Source of the DNA: Eledone cirrhosa | Taxonomy: Eukaryota | Direction: 5' to 3' | Assembly: GCA_964016885.1 (NCBI GenBank) | Contig: OZ024740.1 | Coordinates: 338,210,001-338,274,000 of the forward strand | DNA: 64,000 nt | In this document: positions 57,431 to 64,000 of the stretch, one piece after another | Layout of the letters: each line of letters starts with the position of its first letter | Position numbering within the stretch: position 1 is the first letter of the stretch | Position numbers and translations under genes: made by a program | The notes under the pieces: generated by a model | Seen by the model: the letters and a program-made list of their open reading frames with translations, nothing else | Databases searched by the model: none | Told to the model about the DNA's origin: nothing

Positions 57431-58989
57431 TCATAATCTATAAAGCTCAGTGTATGGACATGCTCCTTTGTTATAGAAATCTACGATATAGAATTTCTTC
57501 AATTGAAATTTACAATTCAGTATTCGAAATAGCTTCGATTGCGTCTTGGCACATATAATGTTTTCAATTTCACCCACAATTACGCAAAAAATAGATAAAA
57601 CTCAATATTTTACGATTTTCTCTCTCATTTAAACTGCCAAACTCTTTCCATTACCATTCAAAATCTATACAACTTCATACTTTCTGCTACTTTCTCTTTC
57701 CAAGCTTTATGGTGATACTGTCTGTTTTACTGTTTCATATCATCTGCTCTCCTCTATCTACAACCCACACATTTTGCTACTTTCTCTTTTATACTTCAAA
57801 CTTACTGATTTATTTCCAAACGCATACAAACACACACTCACTTCAAATGATAAAAAAAACATTTAAAGCAATTAAACAACTTGCGTGATTTATAACCACA
57901 CTAACTTTTAGTTGCTTCAAACTTAATGATTTATTTACAAACACATACAAACACACACTCACACATTTAAAGCAATTAAACAACGTGCGTGATTGCCGAA
58001 GAGAGTGAGAGAGAAGAGAGTGAGAGGGAGAGAGAGAGAGAACGTTTATTATTACATAAAGTACCAGTAATGTACTGGGTAATTGCTGGCCTTGTGCCAA
58101 AAAAAGTAGAAACAATTATTACATTTCATACGAAACGACAATTATTCAAAAGCAACAGTTACATTTATTCAACAACAAGCGATAAATCTTTTTTAAAACC
58201 TCTCAACGAACGTGGATTCTTACAGATTTTGAGTCGAATCGGTTTGAAATTGTGCAAATGTATAAACATGGAACATGTGCACACACACAACAACAACAAC
58301 AATCTGCCTTTTATAGATAATGATAAACAATAATATCCTCTATGAGGTCACTAAACCTGCTAGAAGCAGCAGCTAACTATCCCCCATACGACACCCCTCC
58401 TTACTGTCTTAAATTTAGAAAACATATCTTCTATGAGGTCACTAAACCTGCTAGAAACAGCAGCTAACTCTCCCCCATATCACACCACTCCCTACTGTCT
58501 TAAATTTAGAAAACACATATCCTCTATGAGGTCACTAAACCTGCTAGAAACAACAGCTAACTCTCCCTCATATCACAACCCTCCCTACTATCTTAAATTT
58601 AGAAAACACATATCCTCTATGAGGTCACTAAACCTGCTAGAAACAACAGCTAACTCTCCCTCATATCACAACCCTCCCTACTGTCTTAAATTTAGAAAAC
58701 ACACAGACAACCATGCAGAACAACTCCATCGCAGCTCTGTTGTTCGGCTGGCATCGTCTACGCGCGTGTTGCGCAAGTACTGTGAAACAATAAATTTCAA
58801 CACATTTTTGCACAGAGATAATATCCATAGGCGAAATTACAATTGTCACTGCTGGCGCAGCTCCTGCTTCCAGGTCTGCAATTCATTCACTCAGTGCCTG
58901 GCAGACAAAAAATTGCTGCGATAAAATGGGTGGTGCAACCTAACTTTGGTAACTTAATGACCCCGAGCAACGCCGGGCTTTAATGCTAG
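57431..58989 (+). mobile_element. non-autonomous Helitron
   Basis: A|TC 5' end at 57431; subterminal hairpin CCCGAGCAACGCCGGG (58962-58977); CTAG|T 3' end. Confidence 0.75.
58333..58705 (+). repeat. 93-bp tandem repeat x4
   Basis: TATGAGGTCACTAAACCTGCTAGAA at 58341, 58432, 58525 and 58618. Confidence 0.95.
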
Positions 58990-59020
58990 TATATATATAT
59001 ATGTATATATATACACACAC

Positions 59021-59094
<74 letters not shown>

Positions 59095-59114
59095 ATATAT
59101 ACATAAATATATAC

Positions 59115-59176
<62 letters not shown>

Positions 59177-59180
<4 letters not shown>

Positions 59181-59510
59181 TCATTTCGTTTTAAGTCCGC
59201 TTTTTCCCTGCTTGCAAGGGTGGGACGGGAACTGATTCTGGCTTGATTTCTACAGCTGGATGCCCTTCCTAACACCAACCTCATTTACAGTGAGTGCTGG
59301 GTGCTTTTTTGCCGTGGCACCTCCACGACCACTTTGCCGTGGAATGATATGGACCCCAGTCCCTATCTTCTCATTTCTACAGCTGAGTAAACTGGAGCAA
59401 TGTGAAATAAAGTGTCTTGCTCAAGGAAACAACACATCACCCGGTCTGAGAATTGAACTCACAACCTTTCGATTGCCAGGCCAATGCTCTAACCACTAAG
59501 ACATGTGCCT

Positions 59511-59512
<2 letters not shown>
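59177..59512 (-). mobile_element. SINE family B
   Basis: Near-identical to 18175-18510. Confidence 0.9.
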
Positions 59513-59554
<42 letters not shown>

Positions 59555-59557
<3 letters not shown>

Positions 59558-61085
59558 GGAAAAATTTGAACAGGGACAAAACAGAGAGGCAGTACAACGA
59601 ATGTTTATTAATTTCACGCTCTGGAGAGTGGGGTGTTGGTGGGGGACGACGTTTCGGGCATAAGCCCTTCCTCAGGTGAGAAGTGTGTGGGAACAGAGTT
59701 CAAAGGGTGTGTAGGGGAGTGGTGGAGAGACATATAGCGAAAGGAAACGGTGCGAATAAAAAAAATAAAAATAAAAATAAAAATAAAGCATGATCAAAAT
59801 ACAAGGAATGAAATAAATTTAAATAAAAAAGCATGATCAAAATAAACTGAAATTAAAAGGGGGGTAAAACAGGTGGTGGAAGGGTGTGGGGTGTGTAGGG
59901 TGGTGGCGGGTGGTGTGGGTGTGTAGGGGTGGTGGAGGGTGGAGTGGGGAGAGGGAGACGGGGTGTCCGAGCGGGGAGGGCTGAAGGTGGTGTGTGTGTG
60001 TGTAGGTGTACGTGTGTGTGTGTGTGTGTGTATGTGAAAGTAAGGGTTAGGGGAAGAACGGGGTTGCATGTTCAGGAAGAGAGGTGTGTGTGTGTGGGGG
60101 GGGGGGGGTCGGAGTGTCTGTGCGTGTGTGGATTGAGGGTGGGGGGGGAGAGGAATCAGGAGGCTGAGGGTGTAAATATGTGGTGGAAAGCACGTGTGTG
60201 TGGGGTTTTAAGCGTGTTGTGGGTGTAGGTGGCGTGTGGAGAAAAAAAATTTTTTGGGGTGTGTGTGTGGGTGAGTTATATAGGTGATTACGTAAGAGGA
60301 TGGTTGAAAAGTTGGTAAAATCCAAAGGTGTTTAGTGGATTCTGTGGTGGTCAATTTCTGCGTGCGAGTATTCCATGAAGCGATGGTCGGAAGAGGAGAG
60401 ATGTGGGGTGCGCGCGCAACAGGAAGTGGTCAAGCAGTGGGAGTGCTGTGTGTCTGTTTGTGCTGGGAGGTGGTCAGAGCCCATAGCAGCAGTCGGTGGA
60501 ATGGTAAAGGGGCGAGGATGGGTAGGTGTGAAAGTTGGAGTGAGGAGGGTGTGCGTATTAGTAGAGGTGTTAGTGGGATGAGTGAGTGTGGAGCGAGGGT
60601 GTGGGTGGAGCGGGGAGAGAAGGGTGTGTGTGGTTCTATGGAGGGAGTGTGGTGTACAGGTGTGTGTGTAGTTTGATGAAGGGGTGGTAGTGGGTGTTAG
60701 TATACGGGAGGTGGGGAGGGGTTGAATGTAGGTGTGAGAGGGGGGTTAGTGGTGGTAGGGTGTGTAGAGTTGGTGGTGTACGAGGGTGTGTGGGTACGTG
60801 TGCGTGGGGTTGGGGGGGTGTTAGTGATGTTAGTTGCGTGTGGGGTGTGTGGTGTAAGTGGGTGCGTGTGTTCGTGTGCTTGGGGTTAGGGGGTGTTAGT
60901 GAGGTTAGTTGCGGGGTGGTGGGATGGAGGTGTGGGGGTGAGGGTTAGTGGGGTTGAGGGTTAGTGATGGTAGTAGGGTGTGTGTTTAGTGTGAGCGCGT
61001 TATATGTGCCGGTGGTACCAACATAATTTTACATTGAAAGGGGTGGTGTGGATGGTGTGGGCGTAGTGGGACGGGGGTGTATTTT
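59555..61085 (-). mobile_element. CA-rich PLE-like 3' UTR with HHR motif at 59646-59678
   Basis: Reverse strand: ac CTGAGGA a gggc ttat gccc GAAAC GTC gt, about 90 nt from the (TA)n end. The CA-rich UTR resembles those at 25700-26600 and 56860-57110. Confidence 0.55.
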
Positions 61086-61089
61086 GTTA

Positions 61090-63470
61090 GAGGTGCCTAC
61101 TGACTGTAGTAGGTTTCACTTTGTACTTAGGTAAGGCGGGTCTTCTCTATTACTGTGTAGCGCCAAAGATCTCGGTCCAGTTACATTGTCTTGGAGAGGT
61201 GTAAGTGTTTGAGGTCAGAATTTATCAAGTCGTCCCAGGTTTTTTCTGGGTCTGCCTACTCCGTGTCTATAATCTATTTTTATTGCCCTGCACTTTTTTA
61301 CACAGCTGTCGTCTTTCATGCGCATCACGTGACCATACCAACGTAGTCTTCTCTCGAGTAAACAACATCTGATCCCTCTTATTTCTAATTTTTCCCTTAG
61401 TTCGTTTATGCTTTGCCGTTCACGTATATTACTATTACACATCCAGCGGAGCATGCAAGCTTCGTTCCTCTCAGTCTGCGTATATCCTCTGCACACAATG
61501 CCCAGGTCTCACTGCCATGCAACATTGCTGTTCGTATGCAGGCATCATACAGCCTGCCTTTCATTTTTAGGGAGAACCCTTTAGCGGCTAATAGTGGTAT
61601 AAGCTCTCTGAACTTTTTCCATCCAGTTCTGACTCTAGCTACTGTACTTTCAGACAACCTCCCCCAGCGCTGATTTTGTCACCCAGGTAACGGAAGCTGT
61701 CCACTATTTCTATAGAACCATCTGTGCAATGGAATGAGCTAGTATTCTGTGGGCACTTGCTGCTACTTATTGCACCAGAGCACCGGCCACATATAAAATC
61801 TATGTTCTTAGTTAGCTTACCTGTGATCCCACTACATCTTTTATGCACCCATACTTGGCATTTGGGACATAAAATGGAGTTTCTACCTACTCCTTTCATA
61901 CACACTGAGCATGGCCATTTCCCGGATGGGACCGGCGCCCTATTTTCCTTCCTACAAACTAGAACTTTAGTCTTAGACAGGTTAATTTTAAGGCCTTTTG
62001 ATTCTAGGCCATGCTTCCATGTTTGGAATTTCTTCTCTAGTTCGGCAATTGATTCAGCTATGAGCGTTAGATCATCTGCGTATAGGAGTTCCCATGGGCA
62101 GCCGGTCTTGAACTCCACTGTTATAGCCTGAAGGGCAATAATAAATAGTAGGGGGCTAAGAACGGAGCCCTGATGAACACCAACTTTTACGCTAAACTCT
62201 TCACTATATTCGTTGTTAATTCTAACCTTGCTGACTGTTTCTTTATACATGGCTTGTATAGCTCTCACAAGCCATTCATCAACACCTAGTTTTCTAAGAG
62301 CCCACCAGATAATGGAAAGGGGGACTCTGTTGAAGGCTTTCTCCAAGTCGACAAAATCTAAGTATAGGGGTTTACTTTTAGCTAGGTACTTCTCCTGTAG
62401 TTGTCGTACAATGAAAAGAGCGTCTGTGGTACTTTTACCTGACACAAACCTGAACTGCATTTCATCTAGATCAATTCTCTCTCTGATTAGTTGCGCTATT
62501 ACTTTTTCTGTGACCTTCATGACCTGGTCGATTAATTTAATGCCTCTATAGTTACTCCTATCTAGAGCATCTCCTTCACCCTAGTAGCAGTTAATGATGA
62601 TACTGCTACGCCAGTGCTTCGGAACAACCCCATTCTGTATGACTTGGTTTACTATCCGGGTGACCATGGTGTGTCCCACCGTTCCAGAAGCTTTCAGCAT
62701 TTCAGCAACTATTTCCGAAGGCCCAGCCGCCTTACCCGTCTTCATGTCTTTGATTGCCTTACTTATTATACTACCTTCGACTAACACTGCTGGTCCCTCT
62801 ATTGGGTCGATATGGGGGAGACTGTCTTTCTCCCATTTATTCTCCTCATTTAGTAGCCTTTCATACTGACACTTCCAAGCTACCTTCTTATTAGCATCAG
62901 TGATGGCAAGTACACCATCATCATTAAGGACACACTTCTCCCCGACAATATCACGGTTTTCCTTGACACATTGCCTAGCAATCCTGAACACCTCACGTTT
63001 TTGGTCCTCGCGTTGTAGAACATGCTTGGACTTTCTTTCCTCTGCTTCCCTTCTTGCGAAGTACACTTGTCTCCTAGCTTCCTTCCTGGCCACTTGATAG
63101 TCTTCTCTACTTCTCCCATCCCGCCATACTTTCCAAGCCTGCTTTTTGGCCTTAATTGACTCCTCCACCTTACTGTTCCACCACCATGTTACTCTCCTCC
63201 TGCCTATAGGCATGCTCCAGCCACAGACTTCGTCTGTCGCCATCAGCAGGTTTGCTTTCAGGAATTCCCACTGTTCCTCTCTATTGTACGACTCTAAATG
63301 CTCTTCCTTACTGTTGAAAGCATCAAGTAATATGCTTTTAAATTTATTTCTGGCTGTGGGGTCCTTTAGCTTCCATATTTTTCTCCTGAGGATAGTCCTC
63401 TTCTGCTGTCGAGTACATCTCGTCCTGACTATGAGGGTTTCTTGTAAACAGACATTCGTCTCATTCTGAC
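61090..63470 (-). mobile_element. 5'-truncated RTE-clade LINE with few disablements
   Basis: ORFs 62581-63243, 61639-62520, 61406-61657 and 61215-61496: TWWWN, FVDLEKAFNRVP, GVHQGSVLSPLLF, LLYADD, WPCSVC..C..C..WVHKRC, FRYLGD, RLRWYGHV, GRPRK. Confidence 0.93.
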
Positions 63471-63853
63471 GTCATTAGCCATGTTCTCCATGTGTCTTTA
63501 TTTTCATAATTCCACACGAGGTGTTCTAGCGTGCTTTTAAATTCCCTTTTTGGCATATTTTAGCAGTGATTTTGGTTATCATGTTTGAGCTCTACTGATG
63601 AATGACTCCAACCGTGACTAACCCCACTAAAAAGTTTCGTGAAATAGTCTTTTTAAGACTATATAGAGCATTTGTAGTTTTTCCAAATTGAAGGATAAGT
63701 ATTTAACCTTAATTTTATTCTGAATTGAGACTCTATTGTTTTTTTTCCCTGGATTTCACAAAATCTGTGGATAAAATTTCTGTCTAGACTTTTTTTTTAA
63801 TTGAGTTTGAATTATTTTCCCATATCTTACGTAAAATATTTTCCATCTTGACG

Positions 63854-64000
<147 letters not shown>

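Noticed and set aside
58333-58705. CRISPR-like periodicity
   Set aside because: Whole units repeat with no unique spacers, the context is eukaryotic, and there are no cas genes.
58433-58924. 163-aa ORF with 31-aa repeats
   Set aside because: By-product of the 93-bp tandem repeat; no protein motif.
59794-60948. Several G/V/C-rich or H/T/P-rich ORFs
   Set aside because: Low-complexity GT-rich UTR sequence.

Overview
AT-rich, repeat-dominated eukaryotic DNA. The SINE/RTE/(TA)n repertoire looks like an octopus-type cephalopod genome (inference). I found no convincing host-gene exon, so it is probably intronic or intergenic. It holds RTE and CR1-like LINE fragments, hAT and mariner remnants, a non-autonomous Helitron and many tRNA-SINEs. 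The dominant signal is a dense cluster of Penelope-like elements (PLEs) inserted in (TA)n microsatellites. These include one apparently intact Naiad-type element (737-aa RT + GIY-YIG ORF, tandem and inverted pseudo-LTRs), several degenerate PLEs, and about 18 type-I hammerhead-ribozyme (HHR) motifs found by eye. Top candidates for novelty: (1) a non-coding 491-bp tandem array with one minimal HHR per unit, i.e. a candidate retrozyme/circRNA generator; (2) an in-frame TGA exactly at a conserved zinc-finger Cys in a Naiad remnant, a possible selenocysteine; (3) repeated fold-back palindromes of PLE 3' ends, from 35 bp to 2 kb, some turning inside ribozyme stem II. All structures were read by eye and none was computed.
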